From: Azolla caroliniana
Taxonomy: Eukaryota > Plantae > Polypodiophyta
Assembly: GCA_043228905.1 (NCBI GenBank)
Contig: JBHGNT010000009.1
Coordinates: forward strand, 19,406,001 to 19,470,000
Length of the DNA: 64,000 bases
Direction: 5' to 3'
The position numbers were made by a program, and so were the translations under genes. Every line of letters starts with the position of its first letter. Position 1 is the stretch's first letter. This document shows, in pieces, positions 17,801 through 32,477 of this stretch. The notes under the pieces were generated by a model. It searched no databases. It was not told the DNA's origin and saw only the letters and a list, made by a program, of their open reading frames with translations.

Positions 17801-19468
17801 CCATCATAGGCAAATGCATCAATCAATTGACACATATAGGCATGGAAGACCTTATGATCCAAAAATGATGAATTAAAAATCAACGGTGGTTTTCCTAAAA
17901 ACTCATGAAAAGCTCTAATTGAGTGGTGAATGAATTCAAAAATTAATGGGAAATGATCTGATATAATTGACCCATAAGACACTGAAATATCCAAAATCTC
18001 TGGTAAAAATCCTTCAAGTCTCTCAAATGTTATTCAATAAGTGCCTTGTATTTGGTATGTGAGGTTGTGGGTTCAAGTCTCTCAAATGTTATTCAATAAG
18101 GGCCTCTCTCTCTCTCTCTCTCTGGTGAAAACACAAGTATATGTATGTATGTACGTACATACGTACGTACGTATGTATGTATGAGCAAATGTGTGTGAAA
18201 AACACCCAATTATATCAATAAAATGTGTTTGGAAAACACTCCCTCCAATGGGTACCACATCTACTTTGAGTGGTGCTTGGCCACCAAAACCTACATGGAT
18301 CACACTCATGGGACATGTTGAACTGCCAATAGGCATGATGATCACCCCACCTAGGGAAAGAGCTTCGACTTGCTCCAACAAACAAAACTATGACAACAGT
18401 CAATTTCCCTTCAACTTTCATACATCTACTCTCTTCTTACTCCATGCTCACCATCAAATACAGACGCATTTGCGCATATCCCAATTATGACGCAATCCCC
18501 AACATCTCCTTAAGAGGAGAGCGATCCCGATCTCTAATGTTGGGTTGATGTCATGATGAGGATACTTGCTTGGGCCTTCAGAAAAGAATATGGCAAATTC
18601 TCTTGTGGAGAGCCTTCATGGGGACATCTCTCGCATTAGCTTCGTGGGTTTGGCAAGCTCCTTCATGTCGAGTTACTCGATATATGCGATTTCAAATGAT
18701 GGGTTAACAAGCGGCTCGCTTGAGCCTTCGTGAAAGAGTACCTTTGTATGTCCCACAAGAAAATGAGTGTGTTCGCCCATGGAGAGCCACACGAGAACTT
18801 CTCTCATGTTTGATCCTTTCCAAAGAAACAAGTAGGAGACAAATAGATCAATAGGAGGAAGTCATTATATAAGCTTCCGAATTACAAACAAGGGTACTCC
18901 AATCTAGGTGAAACTAAACAAGATTTATGCCCTTGTACATCAAGGCCAAATCAAGATAAGAAAGAAAAGAGTAGGAGGGATATCCTTGATTTGACTTGTG
19001 ATTCTACGATCAACAACGACGGCTTGTTGGTCTCCAAGATGCACTTGTGATTCGATACCCAGTGATGTTTGGTTTGTCATTGAAGCTTGCATGTTCGAGT
19101 CTCAAAACTTGTGAACCCAATAGTGACTTCCTTATTTTGTTGCTTTCAAGGATCCCCCATATGGATGGGTATACAAATGTATTGACTTCTGAAAATTGGT
19201 GAACTCTTGTTGAATAAAAAAAAGAAACTTTCCTTTGGCATAATACATCATTGCCTTTTCTTTTTAGCATGCATTGACACTTGACCCTAGATGGCCACTT
19301 GACTTCATTAATAACAAATTTCCTTTTGCCTTTTCTTCTTAGTATTCATTGTTATGTGCATAGTATGAACCATAGGTACTATATGTGCATTTGCATTCGA
19401 GAATGTTTCAATCATTCAAGTATGGTAAACACCCTCGAAGTATGGTAAATACCATATTTTTGTATTCA

Positions 19469-20460
19469 TTATTTATTATAAGGTAAATTTCTTTTAAGGT
19501 AAAAAGTGTAAAAAAATAATTGTCCCGATTCCAGCTTCGTCACTTTGATTGAAAAATCTTTCATGTCTTTCACCAACTCATGCAAGAGTGACTCTTCTAC
19601 TTTCTTTTCTCCCGAGGCATTCCCCATTTCTTCTCCTTTTTGCTCTGGCAGCTCCAAAAACCACAACTTTCTTTTATAGAAATGGGCACATACCCTTCTC
19701 ACCTCCTCCCAGTCTTCAGTAAGTCCACCTGGACTATTTTGACCTTCCAGAAGCATTCCCAAGTCCTTCTTGTCTTTAATATTAGTGGCTTGTAGCAACA
19801 ATATTACTTTATCTGGCATTATTATATTTGTATCCCTAACATTTATTTGCTCAAATCTTTTTGAAAACTCTTTTAACACTTCCAAAACACTTAAATGTTT
19901 ATTAGACTTTACCCAATCCATGAAAGCTCGCCTTGTCATCCTTGACATATCGTTGAGTTTGTATTCATTCAATAATGCTCTTTCGAAAGTCACCCATGTT
20001 TGGTGCTCCCTCTGTAGCTCATGAATCCTTTCTTGTAGCCCAATTGCAGTGACTTGGCTAAAGCTATTAATTTTTGCCGCTTCATCGACACCGCGTTTAA
20101 TCATCTCCTCATTGTAAATCTTTAGGAACCTTGTCAAATTCATTCCTTCGAAGATTCCTACTCATGCAAGAATATTGTCAACAGCTTTGTCAATGCTTGC
20201 CATCATCCCTTGCTCCCATATAATTCGTTCCATCATCTTACACATAAGCCTCATTTGCTCCTCCATATCTCCTTGTCGCCACCTTCACATCGGGTTCACC
20301 AAATTATGTCAGGGTAGTTGTGGTTCGTGTGGCAAAGTCACATGGACTAACGTTAATGGGAGTTTGAGTAAAAAATTTACAAGACTTGTGCGACGATATC
20401 ACAAAGATATTAAGGATAAGAGGAATAGGAGTTAAAAGTAATACATGTGTGTGTGTGTGT

Positions 20461-20495
<35 letters not shown>

Positions 20496-20652
20496 AGGAG
20501 CATGGATAAGAGACATGAGAGACAATGTATGATTTAAGAGTAAGAGTATACGATAAAAACATGATTTATATTAAGAATACCGGATTTTACCAACTTTACA
20601 ATGCTTGATCACAAGATGCGACTTTTCTTTCCGAACTCTATATTTGAACCCT
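19469..20652 (-). mobile_element. Gypsy (non-chromovirus) remnant: gag fragment, tRNA-Trp PBS and 5' LTR (LTR resumes after the Copia at 26481)
   Basis: Gag-like ORF 19469-20143. ttcacatcgggttcacca at 20284-20301 matches 17/18 of the plant tRNA-Trp 3' end as recalled (TTCACGTCGGGTTCACCA). LTR edge TGTCA at 20307. Confidence 0.65.
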
Positions 20653-20822
20653 TGTTGAGAGATCAAGCTCAACTTAGTTTAGTTAACTAGTCAACCATGT
20701 AACTTCGTAGTTACCTAGATTGAACCTAGTTAGAAGTGTTGACTATAACGCCTTAAATAGGACCTTGTACTTAAGTGGGATATTCTAGATCCTCCACTCC
20801 TAAGTACATTTAATATAGGACT

Positions 20823-22722
<1,900 letters not shown>

Positions 22723-22899
22723 CATTTAATATAGGACTTACACCTTAGTACCTATATTCCACTCACACATGTGCACCTTTGCACATGAGATATATATATA
22801 CCTCATTGTGGGTATTTTTGGATTTGATGATGATAATGCTAATTTAACATAGTTACTCATCCCCCATCTTGTGTTGTTCATAAGTGTATCTTCCTCTCT

Positions 22900-23124
22900 T
22901 TTCTCTTTTTATTTTTTATTTTTATCATAATTAGCTTACCCTAGTGGTAAGTCGATAACACAAGCACTATGTCTTGGGTTCGAAACCCAATTTCCTCACC
23001 TCTCTATTATATACTTCATATATATCTCTATTTTACTAGATGCCACTATGGAATGTAGGGGTTGAACCCATGACCACCTAATCTCCATTGGGCAACCTTA
23101 CCAACTAAGCTACATCCATCTGGG
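22900..23124 (-). mobile_element. tRNA-derived SINE inserted at the start of the LTR (TC)n tract; carries a second, opposed tRNA-like module
   Basis: Absent from the 3' LTR. Minus-strand head GGATG-TAGCTTAGTTGG...GGTTCAACCCC-TACATTCC; A-rich tail at 22900-22925; flanking tgtatc(tc)n duplication. Plus-strand TACCCTAGTGG (22937) and GGTTCGAAACC (22977). Confidence 0.75.
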
Positions 23125-23133
23125 TTGTATCTC

Positions 23134-23186
<53 letters not shown>

Positions 23187-26100
23187 TACACACACATATC
23201 ACTTAATATTCCGCTTATCAACTAATCACATAATTAGGTATTAATTAACTTGTAGTTAATCACCTAATTCTTAACATGGTATTAGAGTGTGTGGTTTAGA
23301 AAATCCACTAAGCCCACCCGACTCCGTGATTGTGTGTTCGAGACGCCGACAACAAAATTCGGCTATCGGCTACCGTAGTGCCGCTACGTAGCACGTGTAC
23401 GTGATCAAAGGAAGAAAAGCCAAAGAAGAGAAGACACTACAATCAACATGAACACACAAATGGGTAGCTCGCTCCCTGGTGAAAAGCTAGACCGGAGCAA
23501 TTATTCATCTTGGGAGTACAAGATGACCCAATACCTCGTCGGCCAAGGGTATTGGAGCTACATCAACGACGCTCAAGAAAATCGACCTGGCCCAAAGAAT
23601 GCCGACTACGCAACATGGGAGCAAGCGGCTAGTTGAGTCATGTATTGCTTGGCAAGATGTGTCCACAACCACATGCTTAGGCATATTCGAGACGCCAAGA
23701 CGCCTAAAGAAGCGTGGGCGAACTTAAAGAAAATGTTCGCCACCAACACGACTACCCGAAAGCTTCAGCTTCAACTCCAACAAAGGTTGAACAACATTCG
23801 GCAAAAAGACATGTCCGTGTCGGACTACACCGCCAAGATCAAGAGCATTTGTGACTCACTTGGCTCCATCAAAATAAACGTCAACGAAGAAGAGATGGTT
23901 CAAGTATGCTTGGGCGGCCTCGCACAACGATTCGACTCGTTGAGGACGGCAATCTTGGCGAGGGAAAACCCTCCTTCATTCTTTGACCTCCCATCAATAT
24001 TATTGGTCGAAGAGAACCAGGTCCGAACCAAAAGCAAGACGTCGGAAGGACAAATGTTCTTCTCGAATTCGGACAGTGGCCGAGGAGGAGGTCACGGCGG
24101 TAAAAGAGGTCAATTCGACCCCTCACACGAAGGGAACTCAAACCTTCACAGAAGCCATCAAGGAACCTTCGGAAGAAGGGGGAGCTTCCACGCCGAACAT
24201 GGTCGGCAAACGAGGCCCGCAACTTGCAATTATTGCGGCAAAATCGGTCACTATGAGGCGGAGTGTCGGAAAAAGAGAAGTGAGTCGGCTTCAACAACTC
24301 AACAACTCACAAACTATGCATCGAACTCCGACTACGAAAATCGTAGCGGAATGTTCACTAATCACGCATCGAATTCCGACTACGACGATCGTAGTGAAAT
24401 GTTTACAAAGTACGCCACGAATTCCAACTACGGCAATCGTGGCGGAATGTTTGTAATGAGGCATAGAGCGAACTCTATGACGGCCTCCAACTTCGCAAGC
24501 ACCTCCAACTCGGAAGACGCGTGGTTCATCGATTCTGGCGCCTCACATCACATGACATCTCACGAAGAGCGGTTTCGTGATTTATGAACGCCGGATCGAC
24601 CCGGCTTCATAGAAACGGGAGACGACACCACGCATCCCATTCGGTAGATCGGCAATGTCCCATTCGGGAAAGAAGGCGAGCAAACTTGCATCAAGAATGT
24701 CTTGCACGTGCCCACAATAACGAAGAATTTGGTTTCAGTCAGCCAAATCGTGGAGCAAGGCATGCAAGTCCGCTTCAACAACGAAGGTTGTTTCATTGAG
24801 AAAGATGGCCGACTCATAGCTAAGGGGCGGAGATGGCCGACATTCGATGCCTACGATCGGATGGACGCAAGGAGTACTTCTCCGATGAATTCACCTCCTA
24901 CCTCCAAAGTGAAGGCATTCGAAGAGAATTCTCATGCCGACACACAGCCCAACAAAATGGAGTAGCTAAAAGGAAGAATCGGCAAATACTCGAGGTAGCA
25001 CACACCATGATGCATGAGAAGCACATTCCGAACTTCTATTGGGCTGACACGGCATCCACGGCCGTCTATCTCATGAACCGGTGCACCACCAATGGAGTCC
25101 ATGAGCTAACTCCATACGAGCTCCTCGTCGGAAGGAAGCCTATCCTATCGCACCTCAAGGTGTTCGGAAGCATTGCGAATGTACGCATCCCGAACGAACA
25201 ACGACAGAAGCCCGACGTGAAGTCGGAGGAATGTATCCTCATAGGATACTCGTCCGAGAAGAAGGCATACAAATGCTACAACCCTTCTACCCGAGCGGTT
25301 CGGGTAAGTCGAGACGTAGTTTTCGATGAGTCTACATCCTGGTACACACCAGAGACAACTTCGACTCCGACTCTGCTCGACCCGGAATCCACCGAACAAG
25401 AGGTAGAAGATGGAGATCACTTCGAACACATGTTCAAAGAAAGTCTGGTTATGGCAAAGCCTAGTGGGCCACAAGAGCCCCCACGCGACCCAAGCATGTC
25501 GCGGCCAAGTATGAACTTGGACAAAGGCAAAGGTAAGATGCCCGAATACGAAGTCGATCACCCCAACAACAGTGATTCAGATGTGTCGGCTCCCTCACTA
25601 GACAGTGAGTTCGGTGTACCCATCATGCGGACACCCGGAGTAAAGAAGGCGCTCACATCGGCGAGCGAAAAACTTCGACGCTCATCTAGAGCTAAGAATC
25701 CCGTCACTCGGCACGACTACAATGAGTACATGGCCCATCATTACGCCTTCGCGATGAAGGTAGTGGCCGAACAAGATCCCAAGAGCTCCACCAAAGCGGC
25801 TCGTAACCCACGATGGGTGGAAGTAGTCGACCTTCGCCCACACACTACAAGCCTTCGTCACCGGCTTGAGGGGGAGGAACTAAGATTGCCACGACGAAGA
25901 AAGCCGAAGGCCGGACGGAAGCCGCACAAAAGCGGACATCGAAAGCCAAAGCGGATGTCGGACGCCTCACACTTGAGCTTGAGGGGTCGTGTTGAGAGAT
26001 CAAGCTCAACCTAGTTTAGTTAATTAGTCAACCATGTAACTTCGTAGTTACCTAGATAGAATCTAGTTAGAACTATTGACTATAACGCCTTAAATAGGAC

Positions 26101-26310
26101 TTTGTACTTAAGTGGGATATTCTAGATCCTCCACTCCTACGTACATTTAATATAGGACTTACACCTTAGTACCTATATTCCACTCATACATGTGCACCTT
26201 TGCACATGAGATGTATATATACCTCATTGTGGGTATTTTTGGATTTGATGATGATAATGCTAATTTAACATAGTTACTCATCCCCCATCTTGTGTTGTTC
26301 ATAAGTGTAT

Positions 26311-26377
<67 letters not shown>

Positions 26378-26879
26378 CACATACATACACACACATATCA
26401 CTTAATCTTCCGCTTATTAACTAATCACATAATTAGGTACTAATTAACCCGTAGTTAATCACCTAATTCTTAACAACCCTTGACTTCAACTTTGAGAGAA
26501 AAGACACATCCCAAATGAACTAACTTGTTTGATTCAATTGTTTGATTTTTTTACTTTCTCCCCTTTGATTCCCTTCTTTTCCTTGATTCATTCATTTATA
26601 GGTGCACTCATGCATATGATGATTAGGGTGCATGGCATGCATGTGATGCATGATCACCATTTGGCACGCATGCATTGCATAAGATGCATGATAACCATAA
26701 TGTTCATCTGAGCTCCCACGTATGAAAAATAGACATGTTATAATTATGATAATGAAAATATAATTATAAAAAATAACTTATCTTAATTTATCCTAAATGG
26801 TATATACTTCGTATTTGGTGTATAAGGTTATGGATTCGAGTCTCTTAAATGTTACTCAATACAATATTCAAGTTTATTT

Positions 26880-28165
26880 TTATATCGTGAAGCAAATCCT
26901 TCACGACACTGCTCCTTTGTCAATCACCTTAGTCTCCATCTGTATTGTTGTAATGTACGTAAGGGCCAACGTCGTGCTCAGCGGCTCCCAGAGTTCGGCA
27001 AGGAACGTATCTTTTAAATGATTGGCAGACACATACTGTGTGAGTTGCTGCTAGAGGTCTTGGAATCAAATGGTAAACTAGGAAACCATTTCATTAGGTC
27101 CCTGGGCAATGGTATAGAATTGGCGGAGCAATTCGCGCTTAGGGATCTCCTGGTGGAATAACTCCAGAAACGGTGTGCGCACCTCTTGGAATGTGGTAAA
27201 CTCCCCCAGATAGTGGCGAGAATACCACCATGCAGCGGAGCCGTCTAACGAAAGGCTAAATTCCGTGATTTTGGAGGCGTCCACCTCCTCAGCGGTGAGG
27301 CACTGCGTAGAATGGTTGGCTTGTCACGTGGAGAGAAAAGGGCGGATGTGAGATTCCGTGTTGGGACCATCCGTGTAGCGGGTATAGGAGTGGTACGACA
27401 TTGCGTCGAGATTTGGGTTGTCCGGTAAGGCCGGGAAGGGGTTGACCTCAGATTGTTGAGAGACTGTCGGCGGACTCGGGGGAGTTGCGAGTTCAAGGCC
27501 GGTATGTGATTGTGTATCGAGATGACTGGTGAGGGGTGTGAGTCCGAGGTTTCTGGTGATGAGTGTTGAGTGATCGTGGAGTCAGAGGTATCCTCAATTA
27601 GGCGTCGTAATGGCGACTAGGGGTGTCCACCGACGTTTGTTCGCTGTCATGCACAACATGAACCAAGCGTGCCAAATCTTATTGTCCCCTTCTTCGGAAG
27701 AAATGCCTTCGATTGTCTTTACAGAAATCGGATCAAGGGGTTGTGGTACATGGTGCAAAAAACAGAATGTGCATGAGATTTGCTTTGAAATCCATGCGGT
27801 GTAACGAAATGATTAGCGTCACTTAGCCGTAGGACACAATCTTTATTCAAGAATCAACTTCTAAGTGTGACCGTAACACATAATAGAATAGACCCAAAAA
27901 AATATATATTTATATTACGAGTGGAGGAACAACGATACACGGCTCACGACCAGAGTTACAAAAAAAGTATAACCAGATGCTTATAGTATCCTATTCTAGC
28001 TAGGGGGAGCTTCCTCTCTCCTTTGTTCACTCCCCCTTCCTTTCATTTCTCCATCGTGTTTTATAGCTTTTCCTTACCCTGCTCGGCATGCTTCAACCTA
28101 CCCTGCTCGGGGTGCTTCAACCTACTTTGCCTACCTCCAGATTCGTTTCACACTTAATATACAAA
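26880..28165 (-). mobile_element. Gypsy remnant: gag fragment, PBS and probable 5' LTR
   Basis: SKITEFSLSLDGSAAWW...FYTIAQ resembles the gag at about 50200-50430. Minus-strand tggcacgcttgg PBS-like motif at about 27663-27674. Boundaries approximate. Confidence 0.55.
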
Positions 28166-28169
28166 AATT

Positions 28170-30266
28170 GGCCCACAAACAACAATGTGAAGTCATGTGG
28201 TTTGATGCGCCGGAGTCGACAAACCATACGTCTTCTAGATTAGAGGTGTTAGTTGGGTCGGAGGCCGACATAGAGTTCGCACTATATCTCATTACGAATA
28301 ATCCACCATAATCATCGTATTCGGAGTTGGTGGCATAATTGGTAACTAGGTTCATGTCGGCCGAACTCATGTTTGGGCAGAAGCCGATCATGCCAATGGA
28401 GCGGACAATCTCTTCATGGATGGTGGTCGATTGGACGGAGGAAATGAGTCGAGAGAATTCGTTGGTGGCGCGGATCTGACAGCTCAAGCGAAGACCGGAA
28501 GACATTAGGCGAGCGATGACGAGACTGGAGGAGGCACAGAGGAAGAACAAGGGTTGGTTCAACTAGACACAACAGCTCCGGCCGAAAAAGATCGAGGAAG
28601 GCGATTGGGTGTTGGTCTATGATAGCGGCCTCAACAACCAGCACTGGTCGACCCGAAAATTTGTGAGGGGGTGGTTTGGACCTTACGTGGTAACGAGCGC
28701 GAAAGACAATGCGACGTACCACTTGGCGGAGCTCGACGGAGCTCCACTTGCGGGGAAACGGATTAAGGCCTTCAAGAAACGGGACGACGTGGAACCGGGT
28801 CTGGAGATCGAAAACGGAAGTGTCGACGAGGGCGAGGAGTCGGATGAGGACCGGACCGGGAGAGGTCGAGCCGGAATCTCCACCGCTGCACTACTTGGCA
28901 CATGCCGAAGGATGTGAGGTTTGGTAGGGGTGGATGTTGTGAAGAATTACGGCCATATAAAGAAAGAGGTGTGGATAGGCGTGTGAACGAGGGTGTGAAA
29001 ATAGGCACAGAACACAAGGACCGGAGTACAAGTAATGTAAATATGTGTTAAATGTTTAAACTGTTAGGTAGAGTAGTTAATGGGTACTTTATGACCCACA
29101 CGTATAGAGAATTAGAATAACTTTAGATGGAGAGAATCGAGGGCAATCTCTGACGAAAGGGTTTCCATTTACTTGCGATGTAATGACCTCCCCTTTGTGC
29201 TATAAAAAGGGAGGTTTGAGACTGTTTTGGGGATCCAATGACTGGAGAACGAAGTGTTGACGGTTTGAGTGTCGAGCTCTGTTGTTCCCTCTGTTCTGTT
29301 TTTTGTGGTTTACGGAAGAAGGTGGAGGCCTCTGCTCGTGTAGGAAACCTGTGTGCTCCCGACCAGAGGTCCATCATTCTGTGTGTGTGTGAGTAGAGCT
29401 CAAGGCTCTATCGTCAGTCGTGTCTGGTTGTAATATTTCCTACTTTTCTTTGTTAATCATTATTTTATCCTTGTGTTCAAGCATTCCCTCATTGTCTCTG
29501 TTCGTCTCGGGTTCGTTGTGCCTGAACCCATGTGCTCGTCCGTTGAGGTCCGACCGTTTATCCGGAGCGGTATACGTCTCTGAGCCCATGTGCTCACCGT
29601 CATGCATTGGGAATTGATCCGAATCAGCTACGCATCTGGGATCCGATCCAGTTAGGTTATTCGGAAACCGAACTAGACAACCTTCCTCTCTCACCAGCTC
29701 CTTGGTTTGAGGCCCCGGTGGTCCCGCCCCGTTTCATCACACACGCGTGGAAAACCGCAACAGCGGATATCCGTATTTGTCGTCAGTGTAACGAACACAC
29801 AATCACTATGAGTTAGGTGGGTTTAGTGGATATGCTACACCACGCGCTCTAATACCATGTAAATAATTAGCTAGCATAATTATGTTATGCGAAATATATT
29901 AGAGATGTGTGTTATATGTGTGTGTGAAAGAGGAGAGAGAGAGAGCACAAGATAGATAGAAAGACTCAAATGTATAACAAGGAGTACGAAATACAATACA
30001 ACCAACCGATACAAAGGAAGGAGGGTGCTTTATATAAAGTCACCCTCTCTCTACATTAAAACGCCTACTCTCTCTCTCTAGTAACTATAGATGCTCATAT
30101 GTCATGGGGAATGTGGTGGCACCTCATTAGTTATGTATCATAAAATATGATTCTATGACACATAGTTAATGTTGGATGGTTAGTGGTGACCTTTAACCTG
30201 TGAATGCTCATACATTCTCAAAGGGTATGTTCACACATTACATTAGGTTGAGTTTGATTCTCATCA
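28170..30266 (-). mobile_element. Truncated Copia (related to 54878-60305) disrupted by a Gypsy fragment
   Basis: LTR 29858-30266 resembles the reverse complement of the 54878 LTR; PBS tggtattagagcgc at 29844-29857 (-); gag/PR piece NYATNSEYDD..WFVDSGASNHMT at 28170-28350. Confidence 0.7.
28355..29741 (+). mobile_element. Gypsy 3' fragment: integrase C-terminus, PPT and LTR
   Basis: GDWVLVYDS..WFGPYVV..YHLAELDG (GPY/F module), purine-rich tract at about 28923-28934, LTR tgttgtgaa...ttcatcaca 28935-29741. Confidence 0.7.
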
Positions 30267-31760
30267 ATAAGAAATAGATTGAATAAAGAGTTTTAGTTTT
30301 TCTTTGGGTACATATGTACATAACATCAGCTGCAATTTTTGCAATGCTTTTTGGTTTCTTTTTTAGAATTAGCGATACGATTATGATAGAAATCCTCATG
30401 TGAGAAACCCAAAACATCTTATGTGGTCATGTATTTGTGCATGTAGAGAATCCACATGGCACAATCAATTAGAAGTTCAATTTATTTGATGTTATGCATT
30501 AGAAGAGGATAACCACACTCGTAATAGATACTCTTATTCTATTTAAGAAATTTCATGTCAAGTGTATTCTCACAATTCTTAGATGTCGCCCTCTAGTTCA
30601 TTTGGTCGATTTTCCTTGGAGCAGTATTTTGCCCCTCTCCCCAATTAATCCTACAAGGCTACAAGAGAACGCCCAACTTATTCGTAGTACTTTTTATCTC
30701 AAGTTACAAAACATTCCAACAGAAGTGGATGCATCCCATCATCGTATGAGATGATGATGATGTTTATCTGTGATGACCCATATGCATGCACCCAAATTAT
30801 GTCCCACTTGATATGTGCAAGAACACTTAGTGTTTCCCTTGGAAAATATAGGTGTTGATGGGTGCACTTAAATTATAGCCCATTTGGGGATTTATCTATG
30901 AATGTGCACTTGGTGAGGAGTCGACGAGTGTGTGTTTTGTTTACAATTGTTTGTTTGTGTACCTTGTTTGTGATGTGCTCATGTGTGTGTCTATATAAAT
31001 TTGTGTACATGTGAATAATTGTATGCATATGTAGTTGATTTGTTTATCTTATAAAGTTATAAATATATGTACCTTACATATAGATGTGTGTGTGTGTGTA
31101 TTGACATGCAAATGTGTGATTAAGTTTGTGTTTGTAGGTGACCAACTATTTTCTTTTCATGGATGTGGGGGGGGCACAAGAGAGCAACTTCATGAGGAGA
31201 GCCTTTACAAGGGGCTTTTCTTGCATTTGAGTCACTGTGAGTCAAGTAATTAGTGGTGAAATACAAATAAATAATTTAGCTAGTAGTTCAATGCAGGGCT
31301 CGATGTAGCCTTCACAAGAGAGTAGCCTCATGGCTTCTATGAGAGAGTATCCTCTAGTGGAGAACCTTTGAAAGGAGCTCCCCTCATGTCAAGCATGAGA
31401 GAGCAATTTAATGGGTTCCACGAGAGAAGAAATGTCTTCTTGAGGAGAGCCCTTATGGGGGTGTTTCCTTGTGTTAAGCCATTTCATGGGAAGTTATTAG
31501 GGGTGAATAGATAAATCATTCGAGTAATAGAGGAATGACTAGCTCACATTGTCACGAAATCACATACGTGCATGTAAAATTTGAGTAGGACCATTGAGAC
31601 CTTGAACTAGAGAGGATGGGTTGACTCTAGTCTTTAAAATTTTATTTGTGAGATATGTAGTATAAATTTCATGTATGTGAATATGCATTTATGTGTGTGT
31701 ATTTATATGTATGCCGAGTTTAGTGTATATAGTTATTTGTCGATGAGAGAGGTAGGTATT

Positions 31761-31762
<2 letters not shown>

Positions 31763-31800
<38 letters not shown>
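31763..31800. repeat. (TTA)n microsatellite
   Basis: Direct read. Confidence 0.85.
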
Positions 31801-31801
<1 letters not shown>

Positions 31802-32226
31802 TTATCTATTTATTTATATTTCTAAATTTGTTTTTATTCTTAATTTTATTTATTTATAATGATTATTATTGTTATCTTAATTTTACTTTTATTATTATTG
31901 TCTTATTTATTTATCATTATTAATTATTATTCTTATTAGATCTGTATAGATGGTTTGTTTAGATGTTGCACATAATATTAGTTTTTTGAGATAATGTGAG
32001 AAAGATTTAGATGAAGTTCACACAATAGCAAGGTGATATTTGGACACAACTCACCTAAGGAGTCATCGTTAATCCATAAGAGGCCATTATATATATATAG
32101 TTATCCTTTACACCTCAATCGATACGTGATATTGATAATTCGTTATTGCACTTTTCAAGGCAAAAAACCCTATACACACCCCAAATTTGTACATCAATCA
32201 CCACATACCCCTACAATTTTTTTCAT

Positions 32227-32477
32227 GGGAAAAGTACCAGGATGCCCCTGGAAGTTCCAAATTTACCAAACTACCCCTATGTCCAAAAAATTACACTTTA
32301 TAAAGTAATTAGATGGAAGAAATGGACCCGAACTAGCCCTATTTACCAAAGATTTGAGTGTATAATTACTTTATAAAGTGTATTTTTTTGGACATAGGGG
32401 TAGTTTGGTAAATTTGGAACTTCCAGGGGCATTCTGGTAAATAGACGAACTTTCAGGGGTATCGTGGTACTTTTCCC
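32227..32477. mobile_element. Mutator-type MITE (fold-back)
   Basis: Ends gggaaaagtacca / tggtacttttccc, long internal inverted repeat, 9-bp TSD ttttttcat (32218-32226, 32478-32486). Confidence 0.85.

Larger units (their letters stand above)
8904..18095 (-). mobile_element. 5'-truncated, decayed LINE (L1/Tx1-like ORF2) interrupted by a chromovirus
   Basis: 16-bp TSD ataagggcctctctct at 8888-8903 and 18096-18111; A-rich tail (T-rich on +) at 8904-8926. ORF2 pieces: endonuclease end SDHFPL (17743-17994), KSPGWDG (17007-17437), RT with LDIEKAYD, QGCSVSP and LADD (10144-11373), and a C-terminal zinc finger CFFC..HRF (9493-9681). Confidence 0.9.

Noticed and set aside
23050-23124. Functional tRNA gene
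   Set aside because: The anticodon arm does not pair convincingly; it has an A-tail and is absent from the sister LTR, so it is a SINE head.
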